Both the position numbers and the translations under genes were made by a program. Of a DNA stretch of 64,000 nucleotides, positions 40,465-54,556 are shown piece after piece. How positions within the stretch are numbered: position 1 is the first letter of the stretch; each line of letters starts with the position of its first letter. This DNA comes from Proteromonas lacertae (lineage: Eukaryota): NCBI GenBank assembly GCA_002245135.1, contig NGBS01000587.1, forward strand, positions 1-64,000. The letters are read 5' to 3'. The notes beneath the pieces are model-generated. The model worked only from the letters and a program-made list of their open reading frames with translations, was not told the DNA's origin and did not search any database.

Positions 40465-41735
40465 ATGCTTGCATTACGAAGAATTGTTAAATCGAATGTT
40501 ATTAGCAAAATCCCATGTTCTGTAAGAATGATGAGTGATGCTCCACAATACAAGCATGTAGATAATATGTCAATTGATGAATTATTTAAAAGAGAGCCAT
40601 ATGAAAAATCTGACTATGTTGTATATATATTCAAATGATTTTATATTTCTAGTTATATCCAAATGAAAAGCCAGGACTCAACTACAAATTAAATTGGTCT
40701 TTATGTAGAGCTGATATAGTACCATGGAATGATGCTTGGAGAAATCCTGATTTAAAATTTTTAATTGAACAATGTCCAACCAAACCAGATGCTGATGGTG
40801 CAATGCAATGTACAATGAACTTCCCCAAACCAGAAGAAGTAGAATTAGATACAAAAAGTGATTTTGAAGATTTATCAGTAATGGTGAAGAAATATTTATC
40901 AGGTGTACCAGATTTGTTTGTAGAAGATGCAGGATTAGGCTCAGCAAGACCAACGGAACAGAAAATCAGAACTGTTACAAATGATCCATTAACAGCTTTA
41001 TTTATGAGAAAAATGGGAGTATATATATATAATATTTATTTATATTAGATAAGATTACCACTTCGAGATCCATATTTACCTCAAAGTATATTAAATGTAG
41101 TAGCTCGTGGTTATAATGATTTATTCTCCTGTATGGGAGAAGATCCAAATAATGGCTCTTATACCATCTGCTTCGCAGGAAATGTTCCATTTGAACGAAT
41201 AATTTCAGATTTGGCTGCTGCTTATAAAACAACTACATTAAAACCAGAATCACCTGTTTTAATTACTGGTTCATTGTTATACCCTAAGAAAGGAGGTTTA
41301 CCATCAATGGTTATAGGTGATCATCCCAATATTACCTCAATTGCATATTCAGTTGGTTGTTTATACGGAGCTCACCATGTAATATTACATCCATCATGTA
41401 GCTCAAGATTATGGGGAGGAGTGTACTATCCAATAGTGGATAAAGTAATTAATAAAGTACAAAAAGGAGATATAGTTGTAGATGGTAAGAATATATGTAG
41501 TTCATTTAAAGCTGATAATGCTATGGATTTACCTGGTACTATATTGTTCGTAGATAAAGAACATTCTTCAAATATGTCAGAATTGTCTTATGATAAAGCT
41601 CAAGAAAAGTTCAAGAATCTTGGATATTTAGATGCTGAAATTGATAAAATCATTGCTATTGCTAAATTGGGTAAGATTGAATTTTATGAACTTAATGAAA
41701 AGAATTTAGAAGAAGTTGTAAGAGCTCTTGCATAA
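40465..41735 (+). CDS. PEP-carboxykinase-like protein, probably mitochondrion-targeted and divergent (2 introns)
   Basis: Arg-rich presequence MLALRRIVK; LNYKLNWSL; DLFVEDAGLGS..E.KIRTVTNDPLTALF resembles the ATP-PEPCK N-domain; no kinase-1 motif seen. Confidence 0.5.
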
Positions 41736-41864
41736 ATCAATAATATAGTTGACATAAATAACCCCATTATTTCTCATTATTCTGTTTTTAATGTGTTGAA
41801 AAATGAAAAATAATATTTTGTGAAACGAATATAATTTTAATAAACTTATTTTTGTATTTCCAGG

Positions 41865-43394
41865 ATGAATAATGAATTATTGTTTGATATGCTTATTATT
41901 TTTATAATAAGCAAACATTTCTGCTATACCTATAATGATCTATCAAGGCTAAAAGTTAACAGTGAAGGTAAATTCAAAATAGTTCAGGTATATTTAGAAT
42001 TATATTAGAAAATAGATGACAGATCAAACATTAGGGTGGTTTGAACCAGAAAGAGATGATAATACTACTAAATTGATGAATTTAGTATTAGACTTAGAAA
42101 AACCGGATTTTGTTGTTGAAACTGGCGACATATTGTTTCCATTTAAATATTTATATCCTCCGATGGCAAATCATTCATTAGAATATCAAAAAGAATGGGA
42201 ATTGAGAATATATGATAGAGGGATTAAACCTGTGCTTGAAAGAAGTATTCCATATGCTTTGACACTTGGTAATCATGACTGTGAAGGACCTTTAACAGAT
42301 AAAGAGGTTGTAGATTATGATATGAAACAGTATTTATCTTATACTCAAATTGGACCAAAATCAATTTCTGGTTTGACAAATATATCATTTTTACAGTTTA
42401 AATATAACTATAATTAGTTTATTTAATTTAATATTTACTATATTTTACCAGTATATAACCATAATGAGAGTGAAATTGTTTTATACTTATGGTTTATGGA
42501 TAGTAATAGGAACAAATGTAACAATATATCAAGTTATGGTTGTTTTGAAGATAATCAAAGTATATATATATATATATATGAAAATGTTTATTGATATTAA
42601 CAATAGTTGAATGGTATTATAATGAAAGTATTAGACTATATAAATTACATAATAACCATACAATTCCTGGATTTGCATTTTTTCATGTTCCAACAATTGA
42701 ATATTTATATGGGATAAACGGTTCAAACCTTTATGGTATTAAAAACACTCATGTTTCTTGTGGACAGTATAATCATACATTAATTGATACAATGTCTGAA
42801 ATGTATTGAACTATTATAATAAATATTACTTTATATATATATATATATATAGAGGAAATATTATGGCAACTTTTTGTGGACATGATCATGAAAATGATTT
42901 TTATATTAAATATAAAAGTATAATATTAAATTTCTTATACAAATAGATATGGAATTGCATTATGGACGTAGAACATACTATAATCCTCAACCTAAAGTGT
43001 ATGAATATTTATATACAATTCAAATAGACTGTTAGATGGATGTAAAGTGATAGAATATAATTTACATACAAATACTTTTACAACATGGATAAGAAATGAA
43101 TATGGTGAAAAAGAAATACAGAATTTATCAGATGTTCCTGCTACTGATTCAGATACAAAATGTTTTAATAAATATAATAGGAGATATAATAATAATCATA
43201 AGAGTAGTAGTTATTTGATAATATGGAAAGAATCACACTTATCTAATCTATTTGTCATTATTTTTACTATCTGTGGAACAACATTAGGTATTGGAATATA
43301 CTATCTGTATTATTATTGTAAGGAAAAATGTGCTAAAAAACATAAATTAATAATATACAGAAAGCAATCTTCATATGTAAGTGATGTAATTTAA
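41865..43394 (+). CDS. Calcineurin-like metallophosphoesterase (DCR2/PAP29-like) with signal peptide and C-terminal TM
   Basis: GKFKIVQMTD, KPDFVVETGD, LGNHD, AFFHVP, FCGHDHEND, LHYGRRT; several introns including one AT-AC. Confidence 0.88.
42382..42438 (+). other. U12-type AT-AC intron (57 nt)
   Basis: 5' ATATCATT, 3' TTTAC; removal deletes a stop and restores the family motif GLTN|YILPVY; branch is degenerate (ATTTAAT). Confidence 0.8.
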
Positions 43395-43499
43395 TAACCA
43401 ATTTTTTTTCATTAGATTCGTTTTATAAATGCTGTTTTATATTGGTATAATACAATTAATAATCAATAAACACAATAATAACAATTTAATTGTTTTAAT

Positions 43500-44806
43500 T
43501 TACTTTGTCTCAATTAACTCATGTGATTTGGATAAGAATGTATCTAATAACTTCATTGCTGCTCTTCTTCTTGTTAAACCCCCACTCAACATCTGAGCTT
43601 TATATTTTATAGCTAATTCAGATAATTCAGGGTCTGTAACTGCACGATTTACTATTAACTTATCAACTTGAGTCCACATTGCTCTTTCACCCTGTTCCTT
43701 ACGCTTCTTTTCTAATTCTGTAGTCTTTATGGCATTGTCATAGAAATCACTACAAATCTTCCACACCTTTTCAATATTAGTGTTTTTATTAGAAGAACAG
43801 GTTTGAACTTTACATTTCCAAGTGGGTGACTTTTTTCTTTGCATATCCAAAGCTCTTCTATTTTCACCAGCAGTTTTATTAGCAGCACTATATATATATA
43901 AAATAATAATAATAATAATATAAGAAATACACTAATAGTGGACCATCTGCTTTAGATATAACAATAATATCAGCATGTTCCATCACTCCTTTCTTTACAC
44001 CTTGTAACTCATCACCCATCAATGGAGGCATTAATAACATAAACATATCCACCATATCATCCACCATCACTTCTAATTGACCTAAACCAACAGTTTCAAC
44101 TATAACTATATCATAACCAGCTGCTTCTACAAGATGTACCATATCTACTGTATTCTCTGCTACACCACCTAATGTACCACCACTTGCAGCGGCTCTTACA
44201 TAAGCATTTGGCTCTTGTAATAATTCTTTCATTCTTGTTTTATCACCTAAAATTGAACCTTTACTTTTTGTTGAACTTGGATCAATTGCTATTACTGCTA
44301 CTTTGTGATTTTTTTTAGATAATAATGTTCCAAATCTGTTGATAAATGTGCTCTTGCCTGCTCCTGGAGGTCCTGCTATGCCAATTCTAAATGAACCGGG
44401 ATGAAAACCTGGGCCTAACTCCTTTTCTCTTTGTTCACGTTTTACTCCCATAACATAATCTAATAATAAGTCAGCTTGTTGGATTTTATCATTTCTAGAA
44501 TTTTCAACTATATTTTTATTAAAGAAAAGAAAATATATACGTAAGCTGGTTGCTTTACTAATGGACCATCTATCTTGCTTCAAAACACCTTCAGCTAATT
44601 TTAGAGTATAATCATCCATTCCCTTTGGAACTTTTATCTATAATATACAAACAAGCAAGCATACTGAAGTAGTTCCACATGTTGCACATTTTACAAAACT
44701 AAAGAATAATGAAATAAACATACTTAACACATGGAATACGATTCATCATACATATTTTTGATGAAATTCCTTTGAAAAATGGATTTGTCAATCTGGACAG
44801 AAACAT
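43500..44806 (-). CDS. MMAA: MeaB/MMAA GTPase chaperone of methylmalonyl-CoA mutase (mitochondrial, multi-exon)
   Basis: RIGIAGPPGAGKST, AIDPSS..GSILGDKTRM, IVETVGLGQ, GDELQGVKKGVME, SKADG; presequence MFLSRLTNPFFKG. Confidence 0.93.
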
Positions 44807-44897
44807 AATCTTTTCTGTATTAAGAAAAAAGTAAAATTAAGATGATTATATTCAAGCCGAGTTGTAATCAAGCCAAACATTTTATTTTTATATTTTG

Positions 44898-45749
44898 ATG
44901 AATACTGTGAAGGAGATAGCTAAATTAAATGAATTAGAATTAGATAAAGGTATATCAGAAAAAGCTTCATGGCATTATCATTACAGAAATAGTGCTTGGA
45001 TTTATGTTGGTGGTTTGCCTTATGAATTGACTGAAGGTGATATAATATGTGTATTCTCTCAATTTGGAGAAATTGAAGATATAAATTTGGTTAGAGATAG
45101 TGAGACAGGTAAATCAAAAGGTTTTGCTTTTTTAAAATACGAAGATCAAAGAAGTACAATATTAGCAGTTGATAATATGAATGGAACAGAATTAATAGGA
45201 ATGACTTTAAGGGTTGACCATAAAGATAACTATATTGCTCCAATTAAAAGTAAAAAAGAGCTGGAAGAAATGGCAGCACGAGATGAAGAAGATGACAGAG
45301 AATACAGGCCAGGCAGAGCTTATGAAAACAAAGAATTAGCTTCTGAGTTTAGTTTACATAAAGGTGTGGATATATATGGAAAAGGTGAAGTACAACAATC
45401 AAAAGAGGAAGAAGATGAAATTATTAAGAAAAGAATTGAAGAAAAAAAGAAAGAAGAAAAGCAGAAAAAGAAAGAAAAAGATGAAATTGAAAGATTTAAA
45501 AGAAAACTTGAAAAGAGAAGGAAAGAAAATAAAAAGAAGATTGAAGCAAGTGATCATATATCACAATTATCAAATGGTATGGTATATGGATGGAGAGGTC
45601 GTATGGATCCAGCTGCACAGAAGATTAAAGAACAGAAAGTAATTGATTATGAGAAATGTCCTTATTGTGGTAAGAAAGGACATGCACCTCAAGATTGTCC
45701 TTTAGGAGGTGAAAATTCTCATATAGCTGGTATTAATAGAGTTAGATAA
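44898..45749 (+). CDS. RBMX2: RES complex RRM protein Snu17/Ist3/RBMX2 with C-terminal CCHC knuckle
   Basis: SWH..Y..SAWIYVGGLPYELTEGDIICVFSQFGE, TGKSKGFAFLKYEDQRSTILAVDNMNG; CPYCGKKGHAPQDC. Confidence 0.93.
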   Translation: MNTVKEIAKLNELELDKGISEKASWHYHYRNSAWIYVGGLPYELTEGDIICVFSQFGEIEDINLVRDSETGKSKGFAFLKYEDQRSTILAVDNMNGTELIGMTLRVDHKDNYIAPIKSKKELEEMAARDEEDDREYRPGRAYENKELASEFSLHKGVDIYGKGEVQQSKEEEDEIIKKRIEEKKKEEKQKKKEKDEIERFKRKLEKRRKENKKKIEASDHISQLSNGMVYGWRGRMDPAAQKIKEQKVIDYEKCPYCGKKGHAPQDCPLGGENSHIAGINRVR

Positions 45750-45929
45750 TTATTTTTATTTATTTATTTATATATAATGTGTTTTGCATTTCATTTTCTT
45801 TTAAACAATCTATGAATATGTAACGAATCTATTTTATATAAAAATAAGAATGTTGAAATATTCATTAAAGGTTCTGTTGTGCTCAATATTACCTTATGAT
45901 TCAATCGTATTATTTGTTAATGTAGAATA

Positions 45930-47720
45930 ATAGATAAAAGAAAGAGTAGAAAAGAGTAATTGTGAAATAGATTTCAGTTGTACAACATAAAATTACTGTG
46001 AAAATGGTGAAACTCTTTAAAATAGATAGAATTAAGGAAAAGAAGATATTAAAGTTCTGTGAAAATAACACATTTTTATCAGAGTGTTGTAAATCATCCG
46101 TCTATCATTCAAAAATACTTCAATCAGATATATATCTTGAATATATAATATTAGAAAGAAAATATTACATAAATGATTTGGACCAAGTGATTCAATTAAA
46201 ATCGTTGTGCAATAGTGATTTAAGTAGAATAATATGTGCAATTTGTGATATACTAATGGTAGTTAGTGGATATGATATAGTGGTTTGTAATTTAAAGAGT
46301 TCTAACATAACTGTTGATGGAGAAAATGATATAAAGATATGTGATATTGGTTTAGACACTTTGAGAAAAGATGAAGAAATGAGAGTATATGATATATGCT
46401 TCACAAGTCCAGAAGAACTGAATGGATTAGAATGTAATGAAAGAAGTGTAATTTGGTCAATTGTGTATTCAATGAAGATAATGATATGAATAAAACAAAA
46501 GAGAATATCATGAAATGTAAATACAGTTTTTATATGAAATGCGATGACTTGATGATAGAGATGATAGAAAAAATGCTAAAAGTGAAGAGTGAAGATAGAA
46601 TGAGTTTGAAAGAGTTGAAAAAAGAAATGACTAAAATGGGTGGAGTATTAAGAGATGATGAGATGTATTTAACACTGTGTACTGAAAGAAAACAAACATT
46701 ATTTAATAATGATTATACTTCATTAACATTTTCAATCATTTATCAATCGAAATATTATCTTGAGAGTAGTAAATGGGAAGAAATTCGAGATGTTTTAATT
46801 GAATCTTACAATAAAAAACCAAATGAAAGAGTTTTGGCAATATTGCTGATGATAAAATTGAATAAAAGAGATAGTGATATAAAAGATAAACTTCAATTTC
46901 ATATTTTTCACAAATGTGGAGATGGATATGAAGAATGTAATTTAGATGAAATGAAATTAAACATATTATATAATGAAGGAATTATAATGGTTTATTCAGC
47001 TTGTGTTTGTTTGTGTGAAGAAGGGATAAAATATTTGTTCAAAATATTAAAATTAATTAATCCAATATAATTGAATTTTGATCTAATTCCAATCCATCAT
47101 CAAACATTATTCTTATCATATATTTCACAATAATCAAATCTGAAAGAATTATATTTATCAAAATGTAATCTTTCTTTTCATTTCATAGAATTGTTAGTAT
47201 GAAATTAGAATATATTAATCTTCATTGTATATATTATATAAATGTAATATGTAATTATTATGAAATAGCTAATCGAATTAGTGTTAAAGGATTCAAATTA
47301 TTGCTTCCTTATTTATATTTATTAATCAACAAAAATAATGAATTAGATCTTGAAGAAATGAATTTAAATAATGAATCAATGAAATTATTATCAGAAGAAT
47401 TATATAAATATCCAAATCTTGAAAGAATTGATATTAATGGGAATGATAGTATTCATTCTACTGGATTAAAAGCTCTATTCTCCAAATTTCCTATTTCAAA
47501 CATCAGATTTGATTTTAATAATAGTAAAGAATTGCTTGTTGATAAAGATTTTCCAGATTTAGTCAAATACATTATTAGGGGTGGGGAATATGAATTATAT
47601 CTTGGTGATTTGGAAATCGATGATGACATATTCAAGTCATTTTTAGAAATATTCTTATCTATTGGAGAAATCAAATTATCTGGAATTACAGAAGAAGAAA
47701 AGAAAAGTATTTATCAATAA
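45930..47720 (+). pseudogene. Degenerate protein kinase + leucine-rich repeat gene, fragmented
   Basis: Kinase-like CNLKSSNI, IKICDIG, FTSPEE, then LRRs (LERIDINGN); in-frame stops and frameshifts near 45990, 46470 and 47070-47150 not explained by introns. Confidence 0.6.
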
Positions 47721-48300
47721 TTAATGTAATGTAGCTATTTTAATTTCTGTTAGAATTGAAAATGCGAAATTAGAACAGAAAATGGAATAATTAATAATTA
47801 TAAATATGCATTTTGTGTTGTTTATAGTGAAATACAGTATTATTAGAAATAAACTCAATAAATCCAAAAAAAGATTCAATATCACTCTTTCATTTTCTTC
47901 AATAACTAGTAATTTCACTTTATACTACTCTCAAATATCACGAATTATCATTTTCATCATACATTCTAAACATCACTCAAAAATGACTCATCACATCACT
48001 TCTAATTAATATTCTAACTAATAAAGTAATCGTAAAAATTACTAATAAGCAATGTTCCATTATCAAATATGCAATTCATATATCAAGGACATTTGTTTTT
48101 CAAAAACATGAGGCTCCCAACAGTCAAAATGATACTCAGAATTATTGATATCATCAGTACAATCCATTTTTAATATTCATCATTGTAAATGGTAATCCGA
48201 TGAAGTCGTAATTCATTCAAAAATTATAAAAATGAATTTAAAATCATTTTGATTGGTTCGTTTCATCATCATTCCATTTAATCATTTTCATTTAAAAAGA

Positions 48301-49506
48301 ATGTCTGGTCTCCCAGAAGGTCACTTTTTGTTCACTAGTGAGAGTGTAAATGAAGGTCATCCAGGTATAATTTAAAACTAAGAGTTCAACTACTATATTT
48401 TAGATAAAATTTGTGATATTGTAAGTGATGCGATATTAGATGCTTGTTTAGCTCAAGATCCTAACAGTAAAGTAGCTTGCGAGACCTGCACAAAGACGAA
48501 GATGATAATGGTGTTTGGTGAGATAACAACCAAAGCTACAGTGAACTATGAGAAAGTAGTTCGTGATGCGATAAAAGATATCGGTTATGACAGTGATGAC
48601 AAGGGTTTAGACTATCAATCTGTGAATGTGATAGTAGCTATTGAAGAACAAAGTGTTGATATTGCTCAAGGAGTACATGTAGGTCGTGCTCCCGAAGAAC
48701 AAGGTGCTGGTGATCAAGGTATAATGTTTGGTTATGCCACAAATGAAACAGAAGATTATATGCCAGCTACTGCTTATTATGCTAATAGATTAGGTTATAA
48801 ACTAACCGAAGTTCGTAAGAATGGTACTCTTCCATGGGTTCGTCCAGATGGTAAAACTCAAGTAACAATGGAATATAAGAAAGAAGGCAACAAATTAATT
48901 CCTGTTCGTGTTCACACAATAGTAATCTCAACTCAACACAGTCCTGATGTTTCAAACGAAAAGATTCATGAAGATTTAATGACTTATGTAATAAAGCCAA
49001 TAATTCCAAGTGAATTATTAGATGATAAGACAATATATCATTTAAATCCAAGTGGTCGATTTATAATAGGTGGTCCACATGGTGATGCTGGTTTAACAGG
49101 TCGTAAAATCATAGTTGATACTTATGGTGGTTGGGGCGCTCATGGAGGAGGTGCTTTCAGTGGTAAAGATCCAAGTAAAGTTGATCGAAGTGCTGCATAT
49201 GCTGCTCGTTGGATTGCTAAGAGTTTAGTTCATGCTAATTTATGTGATCGTGTTTTAGTTCAATTAAGTTATGCAATTGGTATAAATCATCCCTTATCAA
49301 TTTATGTTGATACTTATGGAACTGGTAAGAAGAGTGATACTGAATTAATTGATATAATAAATAAGAATTTCGATTTACGTCCTGGTTGTATAATTCGTGA
49401 TTTAGGATTAACAAGTGCTATATATCGTAAGACAGCTGCTTATGGTCATTTTGGTCGAAAAGAACAAGCTTTCACTTGGGAAACTCCAAAAGATTTGAGT
49501 GTATAA
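48301..49506 (+). CDS. MAT: S-adenosylmethionine synthetase
   Basis: [18 protein letters not shown] across intron 48365-48403; [28 protein letters not shown]. Confidence 0.98.
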
Positions 49507-49789
49507 GCTGTGAGTAATTTTAAACATTGTATAGATAGACTAACCCTTTAATACTATAAAATAATATAAATTTATTTTGTTTTTAAATAAAAATCTAAAA
49601 TTGAAATATAATGAAGATGATGATGATATTATTAACAATGATATATAGTTATATTCATTCAATCTGATGAAAAAGAAATAAATGAAAATATATTCGTTTC
49701 ATTTATTTTAGAAATGTTAAAGTAATGCTGTAGATGATATAATATTCTCAATATTGAGAAGTAATGCTGGAGTATATTTGATTATTTAT

Positions 49790-49923
49790 TGATATAGATA
49801 AAAGAGAGAATAGAAAAGAGTGAAAATGAAATAGATCTTGTGAAACAATATAAAAATGGTATGAAAATAAGACAATTCATAAGCGTTGATAAAATGAAAG
49901 AAAAAGATATTGCCAAAGTTTAG
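49790..49923 (+). pseudogene. Truncated 5' fragment of a kinase-LRR family gene
   Basis: IKERIEKSENEIDLV...DKMKEKDIAKV* parallels IKERVEKSNCEIDF...DRIKEKKILKF at 45932-46060; ends beside the inverted repeat arm. Confidence 0.6.
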
Positions 49924-50085
49924 TTTTTCAATTATAAAAAAAATAGCCAGTATCTTAAAATTGGTGGGTTGTATTTTTTAGTGAAAATGTATATTTTGGT
50001 TGTATTTTTTCTCGTACCCCATGAATTGTGATTGGACAATTTATTAAACACTGAATTAAACACTTAACAACATTTACTTATTCAA

Positions 50086-53000
50086 ATGTCTGAAGATAAT
50101 AAAGAAGGTGATGTTTTACCTTCATCCAATAATGAAGACAAAACATTAAACACCACAGAACCTGAGAATAATACAACTTCCAATGAAGTTGAGAATATTA
50201 ATTCAGCTCAACAACAAGAAACAGAGCCAACTACCGAAGAAGTGAAAGAAACTCCTGAAAACAAACCTGAAGACAAACAAGAAACCTCAGAAACTAAAAA
50301 TGACAATGAAATTAAAGAAACAACTCCAGGTAATGAAAATTCAAATCCAGATGATGCTAAAAATGAAAGTGAGGTAAAATCTGTTGAAAAGGTTGAGTCA
50401 GAAAAGAAAACACCTGTTGTTATTGAAGTAAAACCCAAAAAAGATGCAGATGCTCCACCTCCTGACACTTATTCAGAACCAAAGAAAAAGAGTTTATCAC
50501 TAAGACAATTACTGAAATTTTCAGATAAGATTGATAAATTCTTGCAAATAATAGGTATGATATTTTCACTAGGAGCTGGTGTTGGAACACCATGTTCTAT
50601 GTTAATATTTGGTGATTTGATGGGACAATCCAGTTATCAAGGTGAAACAAACTCAGATGCAGTACCAGATGCAGATGCAGTTGCAAAAATAATGGAAGAT
50701 GCTAAAGATAGTATTATAACTAATAGTCTATATATGTTTGCAATTGCTTGTGGAATGGGTGTTGCAAGTTTCTTCTTTATGTGGGCATGGAAATTATCAG
50801 CTGAAAGACAAATTGCTAGAATAAGATATTTGTATTTCAGAGGTATAATTCGTCAAGATGTTACTTGGTTTGATCATCATGATCCAAAGACATTATCCAC
50901 TCGTATTGTTGATGATACAATCATAATGAATTCTGGAATGGGCAAAGATATAGGAATGACACTACAATCCATAGCTCAGTTTATTGCTGGTTATGCAATT
51001 GGTTTTACAAAAGATTGGTCAATGACTTTAGTCATTTTAGCTTTAGGAATTCCATTATGTATTGTTGGAAGTGGTTTTGGTATTATGTTAAGAAAATTCA
51101 TATTACAAGCTCAAGATATCTTTGCTGAATCTGGTGGTATTGCTGAAGAAGCGATTGGTTCAATCAGAACAGTTGCTTCATTTGGTATTGAAGATTATTT
51201 CATTCAAAGATTTAAAAATGCAGTTGAAAGAGCCAGAGATGTTGGTATAAAAATGTCAAAGGTTGTTGGTGCTGTTATTGGAATATTTATGATGGTAATG
51301 TATTTAACATTTGCATTAGGTTTATGGTATGGTGGCAAATTAGTTGGTGATGATCAAGATGATGTTAGAGATTATATAATGGAACAATGTAAAGATGAAG
51401 AAGAAATGCAATGGTTTGAGAAGATAGAACATAAATCAATGATGGATTTCTGTGATGCTCAAGATGTTGAAGGTAATAAATTCAATTTTGCTGGAAAAAC
51501 ATGTGGTGAAAATGGATTTAAGCCTTGTCAATATGCTAGTGAATGTATGATGGGTGAACATGGTTGTTTTACTGGTGCAAATGTAATAACTGTGTTTATG
51601 TCTGTATTAATGGGAACAATGGGTTTAACTATGTTAGGACCATCTGTTGTATCAATTGGACAAGCTTGTGGTTCTGGTGCTGAAGTATATGCAACAATTG
51701 ATAGAATTCCTCCAATTGATGGAATGGATGATAAAGGTAAGAAAATAGAACATTTAGAAGGTAAAATCGAATTTAAAAATATCAAATTCAGATATCCAAG
51801 TAGACCAGATCAAGTGATTTTAAATGGAATGAATTTAACAATAGAAGCTGGTAAAACAGTTGGTTTAGTTGGTGCAAGTGGATGTGGTAAATCAACAACA
51901 ATTCAAATGTTACAAAGATTCTATGATCCAGAAGAAGGTGAAGTATTTGTTGATGGAATGAATATTCCGTGATTTGAATTTAGCTAGTTTAAGACATCAA
52001 ATGGGTTTTGTAGGTCAAGAACCAGTGTTATTCAATGGAACAGTAAAAGACAATATTCGAAATGGAAGATTAGATGCTACTGATGAAGATATAATAAAAG
52101 CTGCCAAAGATTCAAATGCTCATAATTTCATAATGGAATTTCCTGAAGGATATGATACATTTGTAGGTGAAGGTGGTCATTCATTGAGTGGTGGTCAAAA
52201 ACAAAGAATAGCAATTGCTAGAGCTTTAGTTAGAAATCCCGGAATCTTATTATTAGATGAAGCAACAAGTGCTTTAGATAGTGAAAGTGAAAAGATAGTT
52301 CAAGCTGCTTTAGATGAATTAGTAAAACAAAGAGCTAGAACAACTCTGATAATTGCTCATAGATTATCAACAATTGAAACTGCTGATGAAATTGTAGTGT
52401 TTAATGAAGGTAAGATAGCTGAACATGGAACTCATTCAGAATTAATAGCCAAGAATGGAATATATGCTGAATTAAGAAATCGTCAAATGTTAAACAAAAA
52501 GAAAGAAGGTGATGAAGATGTGGATGAAGATGAAGAAGATGCAGTTTATGTAGCTAAATTATCTTCAATGAGAGATAGTAGATTAACATCCAATATAGTA
52601 GATCCAGCAACTGGTGCTAAAGTAGAAAAACCAGTAGTACCAAAATCAAGATTATGGGCTTTAGCTAAACCAGAAACATGTCTTACAGTTGTTGGTACAA
52701 TCTGTGGTGCAGTTTCTGGTGCTGTAATGCCAGTATTTGGTATATTGTTTTCAGAAATGTTAAATGTTTATTATGAAAGAAGAACAATTGATATGAGAAA
52801 TGGAACAGCTATGTGGGCTGGTATTTTAGTAGCATTTGCAGTTGTTTTATTCATTCTTACATTTATTCGTTCTTTAACATTTGGTGCAATGGGTGAAAGA
52901 TTAACTTGTAGAATTAGACAAATGTGTTTTACAGCAATGTTGAAACAAGATGTTGGTTTTTATGATGATGAAAATAACAGTACTGGAGCAATGACATCCA

Positions 53001-54401
53001 AATTATCTCAAGATGCTCAAAATATAAAAGCTGCTTTAGGTGAAAACTTAGCAACTATTGTTCAAACTGTATTTACATGTCTTGTTGGTTTAATAATTGC
53101 ATTTATATCTTATTGGTTATTAACATTTGTTATTTTAGCTGCATTCCCATTCTTAGTTCTTGGTTCATATTTACAAGGAAAAGCAATGCAAAAAATAATC
53201 AAAGAAATGAGAAAACCAATGGAAGAAGCAGGAGCTTTAGCTTCAGAAGCAGTAAATGGAATTAGAACACTTCATGCTTTTGGATTACAAGAGAAATTCT
53301 CAGTGATGTTTGGAAAGAAACAAATGAAACCATATGAAATGGGTAAAAAAGATGCTTGGTGTACTGCTTTATTACAATTCTATAATACAATAATATCAAT
53401 GGGAGCTTCAGCTTTAGCAATGAGAGTAGGTGGAATATGGGCAATCGAAGGTAAATGTGATAGTTCTGATTTAATGAAAGTGTTAATGTCTGTAATGGTA
53501 GCAGCTCAAAGTGTAGGTCAAACAGCTGGAAGAGCAACTGATAATGTAAAGATTAATCAAGCAGCTGAGAGTGTATTTGGATTATTAGATAGAGTTCCAC
53601 CAATTGATTATACTCGTCCTGATGGTGAAACACCCGAAATCTTAGGTGAAGTAGAATTCAGAGATGTGAAATTCAGATATCCAACTCGATTAGATGTTCC
53701 AATCTTAAGAAAATTGAATTTGAAGATTCAAAGAGGTCAGAAAGTAGCTTTAGTTGGTTCAAGTGGTTGTGGTAAATCAACAATAATTGGTTTATTACAA
53801 AGATTCTATAATGCTGATGCTGGTGAAGTGTTATTGGATGGTCATGATCTTCGATCAATTCAATATAAAGTATTTGAGAAAACAATTTGGTTTAGTTGGT
53901 CAAGAACCAGTTTTATTCAGTGGAACAATTGAAGATAATATAAAGATGGGAGATTATGGAAATGATAAAATAACTCATGAGGATGTAGTAGCAGCAGCAA
54001 AAGCAGCAAATGCTCATAATTTCATAATGGAATTTCCAGATAATTACAATACTGATGTTGGTAATAAAGGTGGATCATTAAGTGGAGGACAAAAGCAAAG
54101 AATTGCCATTGCCAGAGCTATATTAAGAAATCCAAAGATATTATTATTAGATGAAGCAACTAGTGCTTTAGATACCGAAAGTGAAGCTGTTGTTCAAGAA
54201 GCAATTGATAAATTATTAGAAAGTAGTGATAGAACAAGTATAATAGTTGCTCATAGATTAAGTACAATTCAAAATGCTGATATGATATTTGTAATGGATC
54301 ATGGAAGAGTAGTTGAAGCAGGAAAGCATGAACAATTAATGGAAATTGAAGGTGGATTATATCGACAATTAGCAACAAGACAAATGTTATTACCAGCTTA
54401 A
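50086..54401 (+). CDS. ABCB exporter copy 2, with two single-T insertions (51965, 53859): error or recent pseudogene
   Basis: Near-identical to 18604-22917; AATATCCGT>AATATTCCGT and TCAATCAAT>TCAATTCAAT split it into three ORFs. Confidence 0.9.
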
Positions 54402-54556
54402 ATTAGATAATATTATAATAATTAAGAAAAAAGTGTGAATATTATATTATTCAACTATTATTAATAAAATTTTGTTTATATTATTGAAAAAAGAATAAGA
54501 ATTGCATTGTATTTAAGAAAAATGAAAAATTGAAACGAATATATTTTTATTAAAAT

